A stretch of 64,000 nucleotides of DNA from an uncultured Chloroflexia bacterium (GCA_963765765.1 CAVXYC010000001.1:334514-398513); one strand, 5' to 3'. Counted from the stretch's first letter, positions 1 through 11,664 are shown. Program-made: numbers and translations. Notes: generated by a model not told the origin, from the letters alone.

Positions 1-1
1 C

Positions 2-703
2 ATGGCTTTGTTGGACGGTCAGCCATTGGAGCTCCAACACGAGGCCGACGTCGACTGGGCCGTCGTCGGGATCGGCCCCGACACGGCGGCACAGTCGATC
101 CCCATCGTGATGCGCGCCACCGACCAGGCCGGGAATGTCGCGGAGCAGACGAGCTCCGCCCGAGTGGCGACGCATCGGTTCACCGAAGACCGGGTTCAGG
201 TCCCTCAACGACTGGTGGCCCTCCTGGAAGCACGGATCCGTGCCGAGGAAGATGCGCACCTGGCGCCCGCCTATGCCCGACGTTCTCCTGTGCGCCTCTG
301 GTCCGGTCCATTCGCGGTGCCGGTGCGCGGCACGATCATCACGGAGTTCGGGGAGATCCGCTCGTACAACGGCGGACCCTTCGAAGGACACCACGCCGGC
401 GTGGACTTCGCCGTGTCAGCCGGGACACCGGTCACGGCGCCAGCGCGCGGAATTGTGGCGCTGGCGGATCCGGTCGCGTTGCGGGGCAACGTGGTCATCC
501 TGGATCACGGACTGGGCGTCTTCACCACCTACGCACATCTATCATCCATTGTCGTGAAACCCGGTGATGAGATCCAGCGCGGGCAGGCGTTCGCAAGCGT
601 GGGCAGTACCGGCCTTTCGGAAGGGCCTCACCTCCATTGGGAGCTCTGGATCGCCGGGCAGAACGTTGACCCGCTGCCCTGGACTCGACGCGCATTCCCC
701 TGA
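2..703 (+). CDS. M23 family metallopeptidase (probably 5'-partial)
   Basis: HAGVD (HxxxD) and GPHLHWE (HxH) zinc motifs; GNVVILDHGLGVFTTYAHLS. Confidence 0.92.
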   Translation: MALLDGQPLELQHEADVDWAVVGIGPDTAAQSIPIVMRATDQAGNVAEQTSSARVATHRFTEDRVQVPQRLVALLEARIRAEEDAHLAPAYARRSPVRLWSGPFAVPVRGTIITEFGEIRSYNGGPFEGHHAGVDFAVSAGTPVTAPARGIVALADPVALRGNVVILDHGLGVFTTYAHLSSIVVKPGDEIQRGQAFASVGSTGLSEGPHLHWELWIAGQNVDPLPWTRRAFP

Positions 704-734
704 ACCGATGCGGATTCCGAGCTAACTTCCTGTG

Positions 735-762
735 CGCCAGGTGTCCGAATTCGGCACCTGGC
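735..762 (+). terminator. hairpin downstream of M23 gene
   Basis: GCCAGGTG(T)CCGAATTCGGCACCTGGC inverted repeat about 30 nt after the stop; weak U-tract. Confidence 0.45.
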
Positions 763-994
763 TTCACCCTCTAGGCGCCGGGCGGAAGGACAGAGGGAGT
801 TGAAGTGATGCGCGGCAGACAAGCTCAATCCCGCATTCGTACCCGGCCTCTCCGCCCTGGATGTTCGGCTCACCGACGAGGACCGCGATTGCATACATAC
901 CGGTGATGACCTCAGCGAGCTGGCTGCACAGCCTCTCGTCGAATGAGGAGTGGGCGACGGCCACTCCCCGGCCGTCAGCTTTGAGACGGAGACT

Positions 995-1150
995 TACTCA
1001 ATTGACACCATCGTTGTGATCTTGCCGGAATTCGTCCCTGGTCGCTGGTGGGAGCATCTGCTGCACAACCAGACCGCCCTGCTCCTCAAGGCCGTACTGC
1101 TTTCCCACCCGGGGGTCATCGTCGCGAGCATCCCTTAGCATCTCCAGCCG
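995..1150 (+). pseudogene. C-terminal remnant of a YdaO/KimA-like APC family permease
   Basis: IVVILPEFVPGRWWEHLLHNQTALLLKAVLL...VIVASIP*HL matches the family C-terminus (PEFV..WW..LHNQTA..LK..VPYHL), with the Tyr codon read as TAG; no upstream membrane domain. Confidence 0.65.
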
Positions 1151-1328
1151 GCCGTGTGGCGAGTCGAACAACTCTCGCGGCGGAGTCTCAGAGAGCGCGG
1201 CTTATAAGGACCGCGTTCCCTGAGACTGACTCAACGTCCTGTTACGCTTGGCTACGCATGGGCACGCATCTTGCGTCATGCGCCGACACGGACTCGGCGC
1301 CGAGCGTCGAGTTGTAGAAGGTGCTTGA

Positions 1329-3791
1329 ATGGTCCCCGCACATCCTGCCGGCGCCGCTTCTCGAGCGCTGAGCAACGGCGAGTCACGTTACTGCAACGTC
1401 TCTGAGGCGGCCGCCCTGCTCGGTGTGAGCCGAATGACAATGTCACGTTGGATCCGAGACGGCCGCGTACCCGTAGCTCGCCTCGGTCACCGAACGATTC
1501 GCATACGGCGCGAGGACCTGGACCAGCTTCTCCACGACGCGGGGAGTCCCGTTCAGTCTCGACTTGACCGCATGCCCGGTGAGTTGCCTTCGGGTGGCCT
1601 TGAAGGGGAGCGCGCAATCTGGAGCGGCCTCGAAGAGGCGGACCACTTCCTCCACTTGTACGAAGAGGACGCTGTGCTCATTGACTCGGTCGGTGAATAC
1701 ATTGGCGCGGTCCTGCGCGCGGAAGGCGCCGGAATCGTGATCGCCACAGCCGCCCACCGCAACGGGATCGAGTCGCTATTGCGGGCAAATGGGCTGAATC
1801 CCGACGAAGAGCGTGCGGCGGGCCGTTACGTCGATCTCGACGCAACCGAGACTCTGGAACGCTTTCTGGTGAACGGCCAGCCGGACGCCGATCGGTTCAA
1901 TGAGGTGATCGGCTCTGTCGTTGAGACGGCCGCGGCGGGTGGACGTCCGGTCCGAGCGTTCGGAGAAATGGTTGCCATTCTGGCGGCCGATGGAAATCAT
2001 GCTGCGGCGATGGAACTGGAACGACTCTGGAATCAGCTCCAGGAAAGGCACCGATTCGCGCTCTTTTATGCCTATCCGATGGACGTCTTTCGTGATGCCG
2101 GCCTATCAGAGGCGTTTGAATCGATTGCCGACGAGCATGGCCATGTCATCCCCGCGGAGAGCTTTACGGCGCGCGCGAATCTGGAGGAGCGACGGCGCGA
2201 AGTGGCAAGGCTGCAGCAGCAGTCCGCGGCACTTCGCGCAGAGGTTGCGGAGAGCCGCCGCCTCCAGGCGGAGCTCCGCCGCAGCGAGCGAGAGCTGCGC
2301 GACTTCGTTGAGAACGCGACCGAAGGACTTCATTGGGGAGGGCCGGACGGGCGAATTATCTGGGCCAATCAGGCGGAGCTGGAGCTGCTTGGATACACCG
2401 CCGATGAGTACATCGGACGCTCGATTACCGAGTTCCATGCCGATCAGGACGTCATCACTAACATTTTGAACCGCTTGCGGGCTGGCGAAGAGCTCCGCGA
2501 TTACGAAGCCACCCTCCGTGCCAAAGATGGCTCACTAAAGCACGTACTGATCAACTCTAGCGTGTACCGAGAGGACGGCCGTTTCATCCATAGCAGGTGC
2601 TTCACTCGCGATATCACCGCGTGGAGGCAGAGCCGAGGAAGCCTCGCGGCGACTGGCAGCTATCGTTGCTTCATCGGATGATGCAATCATTGGCAAGACG
2701 CTCGACGGAACGGTTACGGACTGGAATCAGGGCGCCGAGCGACTGTACGGATATACGTCCGAGGAGATGGTGGGGCAGCCGATCTCCCAGCTCATACCCA
2801 TTGACCGTCCGGACGAATTCCCGTCAATCATGAATCGATTGCGACGCGGCGAGAGAATCGACCATTACGAGACGGAGCGCATTTGTAAAGACGGGCGGCG
2901 TCTGACTGTCTCGGTAACGATCTCACCCGTTCGGGATTTATCCGGCCGTATTGTTGGAGCCTCCGCTATCGCCCGCGACGTGAGCGAACGAAAAATGATT
3001 GAACGCGAGCGTGAAGCGCTGTTGGCTCGGGAGCGCGAAGCGCATGCATCAGGCGGCTGCCGCGTTACGTCTGCGCGACGAATTTCTCTCAGTCGCGGCG
3101 CACGAGCTGCGGACGCCATTGGCGAGCCTCAAGGCGCACGCGCAAGTTGCCATGCGGCGACTCGAGCGATCGGGTGAGCTGGAGCCAGAGCGCGTCGCCG
3201 AAGCGCTAAAAGCAATGGCATCTCAGTCGGACAAGCTCAATCGCCTTCTAGGACACTTGCTGGATATCTCACGGATCAATGCCGGTAAGCTGGTCCTGGA
3301 CGTGCAGCAAGTGGACCTGGTGACCATGGTGGAGGAAGTCGTCAAGAATGCGCGGACGCGGAATTCCACGCATCAGATCACCCTCGCAGCTCCGGCCCGC
3401 TCTTGAGGTCGAAGTCGATCCATTGCGGCTTGAGCAGGTCCTAACAAACTTACTGGATAACGCCGTGAAGTACAGCGCCGAGGGGAGTTCGATTGAGATT
3501 GACGTCTCTCAAGCGGGAGAGGGTACGCTGGAAATTGCTGTGCGCGATCACGGCGTCGGTATTCCGACTGAAAAACGCGCCCGAATTTTTGAGCGCTTCT
3601 ACCAGGCGCACGGCTCCGGATTTCAGAGCGGCCTGGGGCTCGGGCTGTATGTGAGCGGGGAGATCGTGGAGCTGCACGGAGGCGAGATTCGGGCCGAGTT
3701 TCCTCCGGATGGCGGGAGTCGCTTCGTCGTTCGACTGCCGATCCAATCAGGGGCGGAGCGCGCGGATTGCTCTGGAGACGCGGCCGCTTGA
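1329..3791 (+). CDS. excisionase-type HTH / MEDS / PAS / PAS / HisKA / HATPase histidine kinase (frameshifts near 2640, 3050, 3400)
   Basis: NVSEAAALLGVSRMTMSRWIRDG (HTH_17); HFLHLYEED...VRAFGEMV...LERLWN (MEDS); two PAS-PAC units; FLSVAAHELRTPL H-box; LTNLLDNAVKYS, VRDHGVGIP and GLGLGLY boxes, spread over ORFs 1329-2681, 2767-3177, 2999-3406 and 3348-3791. Confidence 0.88.
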
Positions 3792-3809
3792 CACCAATCC
3801 TCAAATGGC

Positions 3810-4160
3810 ATAGCGTCCGTCCTGGTCATTGACGATGACCAGGACCTGAGGCGGGTGCTCACGCTGGCTCTTACGGACGAGGGTTACGCGGTGCGTGCTG
3901 CGCCAAATGGACGAGACGCCCTGGCTCTGCTGGAATCGTGGCGCCCCGACGTCATTCTGCTCGATCTGATGATGCCCGAGATGGACGGCTGGACTTTTCG
4001 AGCTCGGCAGTTAGCCACGCCCGGCTCGGAGGATGTGCCGGTCATCATTCTGTCGGCGGCCCGAGAAACAAAAGCCGAGGCGCTTCGGCCGGCGGCTATC
4101 GTGGCCAAGCCCTTCAACTTATCGGACCTCCTGGACACTGTTGCCGCGATCGCGCGTTGA
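3810..4160 (+). CDS. single-domain response regulator (receiver only); start uncertain
   Basis: In-frame SVLVIDDD lies upstream of the GTG at 3855; PDVILLDLMMP, IILSA and KPF motifs. Confidence 0.88.
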   Translation: MASVLVIDDDQDLRRVLTLALTDEGYAVRAAPNGRDALALLESWRPDVILLDLMMPEMDGWTFRARQLATPGSEDVPVIILSAARETKAEALRPAAIVAKPFNLSDLLDTVAAIAR

Positions 4161-4887
4161 GAAACCATCGAACTTGGGCCGGCACGCTTCGCTCGCTGCA
4201 TCGTGCCGGCGATGACGCGCGAAAGCGCTGTCTAGATTCAACGTCGTGCGTGCCTGCAACGCGCCTCGGCCGCCTCTCGACCGGATTGCCACACCCGGCC
4301 AATAATCCGATCCGCTGGCCCATCTAGACTGGGCACATGCAGCAAATTATTCATTGATTCCGCGAACAACGAGGTCTTAGCAGCGCTGATCGCGTCATCA
4401 ATAGACTCGAGACTGCGATCGACTCCGTGGAGAGGGAGCCGCTCATCTTTCCCGTGCGCCGCCGTCATGCGATGCGTTGGTCAGATCGCAGATACCCAGG
4501 GAACGTCCGCGCCCTCAGTCCTCGCTAATAGCCGACACGCTCCACGAGCCGTTGTTGGTTCCAAGCTGACGACTGTCAGTGTCGCCGTGCTTGACTTCGG
4601 CCTCAATCAATGAGCGTGCGCATCAGGTTGGCGGATACGGCCCGACGTCTGTAGGAGTCAGGCCGAGAGTATGACTCGCCCGCTACCGAGCTCTCATGAA
4701 GCCCCCAATATGGCATGAATATGCCGCCGGTCGTTCCCTGGCGGGCACAGCTGCTCCACTTCTCATATTCCCAACACAGAATGAGACGCATCTGTTATGC
4801 ATTCCCTCCTTTCATCAATGCGATAGGGCCGTTAATTAGAGTGGACGGTATGGGGCCGGATGGACGGCTAACCGATACGGAGGGACT

Positions 4888-5151
4888 GTGGCTCAGCGAT
4901 TTATCAGCGTTGTGGCGGATGGAAACGAGCGCGTGTGGATTAACCCGGAGCGTATAACCCGGATCCTTCGACACGGTGCTGGTTCCACAATCTACTTCGA
5001 TGGTGTCTCGGGAGCTGACGCACTCGACCGTTGCTGTGGTCCGCTCAATGTGCGCGATCACCCTGCTGATATTGCGCGCCGGATGGAGCAGCTCCATGAA
5101 GGCGCCCAGGATCTCAATCCTGGAACATCAGCCGATTTGGTGGAGCTGTAG
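4888..5151 (+). CDS. small hypothetical protein, loosely FlbD-like
   Basis: GGAGG RBS upstream; FISV..GNERVWINPERITRI...STIYF...VRDHPADIARRM pattern. Confidence 0.4.
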   Translation: MAQRFISVVADGNERVWINPERITRILRHGAGSTIYFDGVSGADALDRCCGPLNVRDHPADIARRMEQLHEGAQDLNPGTSADLVEL

Positions 5152-5558
5152 CGAGAGACAGTCGCTCCACAACGCTTCATTTCTGGTTGGACTTCAAACA
5201 GAGCGCCCCCTTCCGGTCGCTACCCTGTGAATTTCATATTGATGACCGCCGTGCATTGGCATGCGTTGAAGTGGCGGAGCCAGCAGGTGTCCCAGGCGCG
5301 CCAATAGCGTGCGCTCAAGACGAGAATGAATTTCCATGAGAAATGGGAAGATTCACACTTGCCGCCACTGCCTTGAAGATGGTTAAGTGTGCCGGCGCAA
5401 AGCGCGATCTGGCGACTCAACTGCCAGGCGCGCTAACGTCGGTGCACTCATCATCCTTCGCCCATGACATTCCGCCTCTGTAATGGCTCTCCCAGTTCGC
5501 ACAGCGTCAGGATTCTGATGCAGGCGGAACCTCGGTGCCTGCTGGAGAGACGTTCGTG

Positions 5559-7292
5559 ATGAGTCTCCAGCGCATGGTTAGCGCACTGATTGTGCTGCTC
5601 GCCATGACGCTGTCGACTTCGACCCAAAGCGCCATGCGCGCTGATTCTGAGGACGATGGCTCTTCGCTGGAATCGGATCAACCTCGGCCGCCGCTTACTC
5701 CGCGCTGGGTGTTCCTACCCTGGGCCTGGGAGGACGACGACCAGGATGCTCGTGCCGTCATTGATCTCGTTGACGGTTATCAATCCCGGGGCATCCCGCT
5801 CGGGGCGGTCGTCATCGATAGCCCGTGGGCTACGAACTACAACACCTTTGAATTTGGACCCAATTACGCGAAGCCTGCCGAGCTCATGTCCGAGCTCAAA
5901 CAACGAGGCATTCGAGTCATTCTGTGGACTACCGGAATGATCAATGTGTCGTCTACTGATGGAGCCAATCTCGGCAAGGCCGACAACTACGATGAGGCTT
6001 ACGCGGCCGGCTACTTCGTCAATCGCGGTCAGACTTACAACTGGTGGAAGGGTGTAGGAAGCGGCATCGACTTCTTCAATCCGGCCGCCGTCGCCTGGTG
6101 GGAAAAGCAGCTCGATAAGATCATGTCGCTGGGAGTCTCAGGCTGGAAGGTGGACTATGCCGAACGCCAGCTTCCATCAAAGGTAGAAACCGCCGCTGGC
6201 ACCAAGACCCAGGCGGAGTACGGAGATGCCTACTATCGAGCTTTTTACAGGTACACCATCAGCCGCGACCCGGAGGGCATCATCCTGGCGCGGCCATTCG
6301 ATGACAAGGAAAATTTTGCACCTGTAGATGCGAACCCGGCTGGCTGGGTAGGCGATCAGAACCCATCCTGGGGCAATGACGGCATTGACGAGGCAGTGGA
6401 CAACATGATGATTTCCGCCGAGCGCGGCTATGCCGTGGTTGGATCGGACATCGGCGGCTACGCTTACGGCGAGCGTGACGCTGAGCAGTTCGTTCGATGG
6501 GCACAACTTGGCGCTCTTAGTCCGCTCATGGAAAACGGCGGTAGAGGCGAGCATCGTCCGTGGCGGTATGGCCCCGAGGTGCTGAACATTTATCGGCGCT
6601 TTGCCATTCTGCACTATGAGCTTGTGCCATACCTGTACAGCCTGGGCATCGAGGCGCATCGAACGGGTACACCAATACTCCGTCAGACCAATCGGAACAA
6701 TCGTCAATACCAGCTTGGCCCCGACCTGCTGGTCGTTCCGATGACGGGCGCGGGAGGGCAGCGTGCAGTGGAGCTGCCTGAAGGCGAGCGCTGGTACGAC
6801 TTCTGGGACGACGATGAGGTCCTGGAAGGCGGGGCGCGGTTTCAGGTGTCAATGCCGCTCGACAGGGCGCCACTCTACATCCGCTCCGGTGCGATTCTGC
6901 CTCTTCAGGTTGAAGACGACACGTGGGGGCACGGCGGCGCGGCTTCGGCTGACGCATTGACGCTGCTCATCTATCCCGCGGCTCACTCTCGCATTGCCTA
7001 CTATCCGGACCCCAGTCACAAGATCGATATCGAGGTGAAGCGCCAGATGTTCTCCGGCTCGGTACAGATAGGGGCGGGGCAGGACTCGTTCGTCCTGCGG
7101 ATCAAAGAGTCGTCCGCCCCCGCGTCCGTGTCAGCGCAGCAGCGTAATTCGGAGTTGAGCGTCGATGAGATAGCAACCTGGGATGCATTCGACCGACCTG
7201 TAGACGGCTGGTACTACGACGCGGCCGGTCAATATCTATGGATAAGACTCACCGGTGATGGCTCTCCGCTGAGCGTCTCGTACCGCTTCTGA
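5559..7292 (+). CDS. secreted glycoside hydrolase family 31 (alpha-glucosidase/xylosidase-like)
   Basis: Signal peptide; VVIDSPW, GWKVDY nucleophile, WVGD acid/base, GSDIGGY, RWAQLGAL, LVPYLYS, YQLGPDLLVVP, PLYIRSG. Confidence 0.92.
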   Translation: MSLQRMVSALIVLLAMTLSTSTQSAMRADSEDDGSSLESDQPRPPLTPRWVFLPWAWEDDDQDARAVIDLVDGYQSRGIPLGAVVIDSPWATNYNTFEFGPNYAKPAELMSELKQRGIRVILWTTGMINVSSTDGANLGKADNYDEAYAAGYFVNRGQTYNWWKGVGSGIDFFNPAAVAWWEKQLDKIMSLGVSGWKVDYAERQLPSKVETAAGTKTQAEYGDAYYRAFYRYTISRDPEGIILARPFDDKENFAPVDANPAGWVGDQNPSWGNDGIDEAVDNMMISAERGYAVVGSDIGGYAYGERDAEQFVRWAQLGALSPLMENGGRGEHRPWRYGPEVLNIYRRFAILHYELVPYLYSLGIEAHRTGTPILRQTNRNNRQYQLGPDLLVVPMTGAGGQRAVELPEGERWYDFWDDDEVLEGGARFQVSMPLDRAPLYIRSGAILPLQVEDDTWGHGGAASADALTLLIYPAAHSRIAYYPDPSHKIDIEVKRQMFSGSVQIGAGQDSFVLRIKESSAPASVSAQQRNSELSVDEIATWDAFDRPVDGWYYDAAGQYLWIRLTGDGSPLSVSYRF

Positions 7293-7560
7293 CCCATAGG
7301 AGCGCTCATTCTTCGAAGCATCCCGCGTTGTCATGGTGTCCTGGTAGCCAACGTTGATCCGCTCGTTTTGCGCTGACGCTGGCTGCGCGGGGTTTCGGAC
7401 CTGAGCGCAATATCAACGTTCTATAAAAAAATCACACCGTGGTCCGATCAGTGCCTATTGTGTATGGAATTAGTCGTGTCGATGCGATTGAATGAAGTGA
7501 GGAAATACGCCGGAAGAAGAATTCGACGCGAGACTCCTTCCGCACAGGAGAATCCGACAT

Positions 7561-8076
7561 ATGACCAAGAGAACGGCGCTGGTGGAACAGGCCGGAGGAA
7601 TCGTCGTCTGGGGCGACAAACTGATACTTCATCGGACCGACAAGCGAAACCTGATATTTCCCAAGGGACACGTAGAAGCTGGTGAATCCACCGTCGAGGC
7701 GGCGGTGCGCGAGGTGGAGGAGGAGACAGGGCTGATTGCCGAGCCGATCGAGTGCGCCGGCACGGCGGAGTTCACGGAAGACGAGGAGATCCGTCGAGTC
7801 ACCTACTTCGTGATGCAGGCTTGCCGTGAAACCCCTGAGTGGCGCAAACATTGTGGAACCGACGCGTTCCCGGTTCCGCTTGAGTGGGCAGATTCGCTCC
7901 TGAAGCATGAGCAGACTCGGGCGATCCTCGCCCCCGTGCTGCCGCGAGTGGAGCGGCTCGCTCACGCTGGGAACAGACGGAAGCGATCAGCAGGACGCGA
8001 GGCCGTTTTGATGGGCGCGCCTCTGGGGTTGTCATCAATGGACCTGCAAGGTCTGCTTACGCCCACGCTAGATTAG
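7561..8076 (+). CDS. NUDIX hydrolase
   Basis: Nudix box PKGHVEAGESTVEAAVREVEEETG; AGGAG RBS. Confidence 0.92.
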   Translation: MTKRTALVEQAGGIVVWGDKLILHRTDKRNLIFPKGHVEAGESTVEAAVREVEEETGLIAEPIECAGTAEFTEDEEIRRVTYFVMQACRETPEWRKHCGTDAFPVPLEWADSLLKHEQTRAILAPVLPRVERLAHAGNRRKRSAGREAVLMGAPLGLSSMDLQGLLTPTLD

Positions 8077-8408
8077 CGCCAGGCGTCATCATCCGGCGGT
8101 GATTGCGGCCACTCGGAGCCACGCTCCGAGAACCCGGCTATCTGGTGCGACGGCTCGCAGTCAAAGTACGGACCTTGCCCATCGCCCCCGATGCGAACTA
8201 CTGAGAATTGAGCATTCTCAACGATGCTCATGCACACAGCCACGTCATGTCCGGTCGGGAGACTGACCGGACTGGTGAGCGGCCAGCGAATCCGAACCAC
8301 GCTTCGCATAGGCGCTTCCAACATGGGTGGACGTGCGTGATCTCGCTCACATTGGAAATGGTGCTGGTGCAGCTCGAGGATGAGGGCTGATGCGAGGTTG
8401 CTGTGCAT
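8073..8408 (-). CDS. hypothetical protein
   Basis: Open frame converging on the NUDIX gene; no recognisable motif. Confidence 0.25.
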   Translation of the reverse strand: MHSNLASALILELHQHHFQCERDHARPPMLEAPMRSVVRIRWPLTSPVSLPTGHDVAVCMSIVENAQFSVVRIGGDGQGPYFDCEPSHQIAGFSERGSEWPQSPPDDDAWR

Positions 8409-9093
8409 CCGTCGGTCTTGACTCTTTTCTCTAGTTTGTGAGGATTTTGACTGCGGCGAGAGGTGCAGCATTTTCGCGGTAACCGTAGCTACTTGAGCCG
8501 GCGCACTGGTTCGGACGCGGTGCACAAAACTCCCATCGAGTCAACGCCGATTCTTCGTTAACCGCGTAGCTCTTTGATGTCGGGGAGCCGAGCACGTCGG
8601 AACGAAATCCGCACCACTAATGAGAGATGGGCTCCGGCGAATGAGGCAACCCGGCTTGACTGATCTATCGAGGGCTAGTCCTGAAGCTGGCCGAGCAGAG
8701 AGCCCACTGTAGACGGTCGTAAGAGATCACGCTCCTCCGCGTTGCCGGGGCTGAGTGTGACTCCGCGGCCGCTTCCACGGCCTCTTCCGAGACTTTGCCG
8801 GATGACGAGCTCAGAATCGTGCCGAGTTTCGGTCCGGTAGCGGGCAATCCTCAGCCTGGTGATCCCGCCCAAGAAAATCCGCCATCACACTCCTGAAAAT
8901 TGCCATTGCTGAATGTAGTTTATATCTAGATACTACACACCGCTCGTGTGCGGGCCATCGATTCTGATCGAGCCTCTCAGTCGCAAAATGACGGTGTCAT
9001 TCGGTAAGCCCGGTCGGGCGAGACGAATCCGGCTGACAATGTGTTCATTGAGGGCTTGACTGACAATGCCTCTTGGTTGATTCCGACGGAGAT

Positions 9094-9648
9094 CTAGGCG
9101 GGACGCGGAGCTCCGGAAAGGCGCCAGGCAGCACGCTCCTCGTAGCGATCACCGCGCAGCTCCAGCAACACGACCCGGTCAATAGTCCAGGGCTGCTCAA
9201 ACCTCAAGCCGGCTGTGATTCGGCGAGTCTCTTCGAGGTCTCGCCGGGCGCCGTAGCGAATACAAGTCACGTGCCAGGTCCAGGTCTCTGGTCCCGAGAG
9301 CTTCAAATGCGTTCCATCGAATAGTCGGCGCCGAGCCGTATCCAGCTCCTGCGTATTTTCGACGCTGACGTAGAACGTGTGATCGGTGTTGTCCAGCTCG
9401 TGAACGTCATCCAGCGTGACAGTCACAGGGCGCGGGAACGCGCGTCTGATCTGGAGTCCGAGTGCCGCGGTCGCATTGGGTGCGCGATAGCAGAGCGTCG
9501 CGTGAGGGGGAAGTCGCTGCGCTTGCTCGGGGTCGTGCTGTAGCCGAAACTCCTGGATTCGATCACCGGCAACACCGCTGACGACGGCTACGAGCACGCG
9601 CCGTGCAGCGGGTGAGTCATCTGACGGGGGTAAGCTTTGATTCGACAC
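9094..9648 (-). CDS. 2H phosphoesterase / 2'-5' RNA ligase family protein
   Basis: Two HxT motifs (PPHATL, WHVTC) with typical spacing. Confidence 0.85.
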   Translation of the reverse strand: MSNQSLPPSDDSPAARRVLVAVVSGVAGDRIQEFRLQHDPEQAQRLPPHATLCYRAPNATAALGLQIRRAFPRPVTVTLDDVHELDNTDHTFYVSVENTQELDTARRRLFDGTHLKLSGPETWTWHVTCIRYGARRDLEETRRITAGLRFEQPWTIDRVVLLELRGDRYEERAAWRLSGAPRPA

Positions 9649-10048
9649 TGGCGCGCCGGCCTCTATTTAGAGCACCAGAGCGTGGCCACAATCGAGATGG
9701 GTTGATCGGGTAGCTGCACACATCTCGCAAATGAGGCACAAGCTTCAGTGAGCGAAAGCCCGGGTGCTTCCTTCATCATGCCGCAGGAACAGGATGAAGT
9801 CGATAGAGCACGTTGCTCGTGACATTTGCTGATTCCACGGTGGCCTACTACCTCAGCTAATCTGCCATGAAGCGCCAGTGCCAGATTGCGTGTTCTCAAT
9901 GCCGCGATCAACGCCCCGGCATTTCGGACCGCCGTAGCGGTGGACTTCCAGCCCATCCGCATAGCGAGGCGAAGTTCCACGAGCGATGTCCATGCTCAGA
10001 CGCAAGCCAATGGGACGCAACGCAAATGCACTTCGGTACGAGAATTGG

Positions 10049-10077
10049 TTGACGGAGGAGTAAGCGATGGGTAGCGT
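10049..10077 (+). promoter_or_regulatory. sigma70-type promoter of the first binding-protein paralog
   Basis: TTGACG-N17-TAGCGT; same architecture upstream of the paralog at 12119. Confidence 0.65.
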
Positions 10078-10178
10078 TAATGCGCAAACACGGAGTGGGG
10101 GAGCGACTGCACGCGGGGATTGAAAACACGCTGACAGAGTGAGGCTTGTAGATCGGATACACGGCCAAAGGGGTTGCC

Positions 10179-11448
10179 ATGGCTCGTCGAAGCAGATCAT
10201 CAGTGAGCGCCGGCGAAGTGAGTCGCCGAGGTTTCTTGCAGGTCCTTGTCGTGAGTGGAGGCGCGGCGCTTCTCTCCGCCTGTCAGTCGGCCCCCGCGGC
10301 CGCTCCCACAACTGCTCCCAAGCCTGCCGCCGAGCCGACGGCTGCGCCCGCCGCGGCTGCGCCCAAGGTGGCCCCAACCGCGGCGCCCGCACAGGCCGCC
10401 GCTGCCGCGGCTCCCGCGGAGTGGGACGAGATGCAGCGGCTTGCCAAACAAGAGGGCGAGGTCGTTATTTCCATGGGCCGCGCAGCATCTCGCCAGATCA
10501 GCCCAGTCTTCAAGCAGTTCGAGGAGAAATTCGGCGTCAAGGTGACCGGCCTTATTGGCTCAGGTACCGAGAACGCGCAAAAAGTAACGGCAGAGCGCGA
10601 CACCGGGCTGTTCACCGTGGATGTCTGGATGGGCGGCCTCACGTCGATGAACACCCAGCTTGCGCCGCAGGAGCGCCATGGACCCGATTGCACCGTACCT
10701 TGTGCTGCCCGAGGTCAAGGACGAAAAGCTCTGGTTCGGGGGCAAGCATCTGTACGGCGATAAGGATGGGAAGCTCATTTTCCTTTTCGCCGCCAGCCCC
10801 ACCGCCTACCTCGCCTATAACACCAACATGGTGAAGGTTGACGAGATCCAATCCTGGTGGGACCTGCTGGATCCGAAGTGGAAGGGCAAGATCGTCGGTC
10901 GCGATCCAACAGTCGCCGGCACTGGGGGCAGCCTGCTTGGCTTCTATTTCACACCCAGCCTGGGCCAGGACTTCCTGAGGCGCCTGTATACCGAACAGGA
11001 GATCGTGCTCACCAAAGATGGCCGTCAGGGTGCGGAGTGGCTGGCGTTGGGTAAGTACCCGTTGTACTTCATCCCGTCAGGCAGCGATCCGGAGGAGGCC
11101 AAAGCGCAGGGCCTACCCGTGGACACGGTGGTGCGACCGATGAAGGAGGGCGCCTGGATCACCTCGGGCGGCACAGGCACCATCGCCCCGATGAACAAGG
11201 CTCCGCATCCTAACGCCGGCAAGCTTTTCATCAACTGGTGGCTGAGCAAGGAAGCTCAGTTAGCGTATATGAAGAACAATCCGATCGATGAGTCCCTGCG
11301 TGAGGACATCTCCAAGGACGACGTGGACCCCGAGTATCGCCGCAAACCGGGCGTCAACTACATGCACCTGGACTCCGACCAGAACATCATGGGCAAGGAC
11401 GGTGAGCCGAACGAGTTCATGAAGAAGGTGATCGAAGCGCGGAGCTAA
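10179..11448 (+). CDS. ABC transporter substrate-binding Tat lipoprotein, AfuA/FbpA-like (frameshift near 10670)
   Basis: SRRGFL twin-arginine, LSAC lipobox, Ala/Pro linker, AKQEGEV, SWWDLLDPKWKGKI, APHPNAGKLFINWWLS. Confidence 0.88.
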
Positions 11449-11464
11449 GTCCCAAGATCAGTCC

Positions 11465-11552
11465 GAGCCGCGCACGTGAGTAAGCGGTTCCTCTCGAGAC
11501 AGCTCTGACTCCGGACGTCTCGAAAGGAGCCGCTTACTCACGTGCGCGGTTC
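11465..11552. repeat. long paired inverted repeat (REPIN-like, family AGCCGCGCACGTGAGTAAGCGG)
   Basis: 36-nt arms at 11465-11500 and 11517-11552, near-perfect complement. Confidence 0.85.
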
Positions 11553-11664
11553 TGTCGCTTTGTGGGACCGCCGCAGGGAACCGCACCCTTATGGGCTGTG
11601 GCTGCGTTTTGCTTTCCGCAGCGTGGCGATGCCCGGGCTGATGCCACTGCCCGCGTAGCTGACT

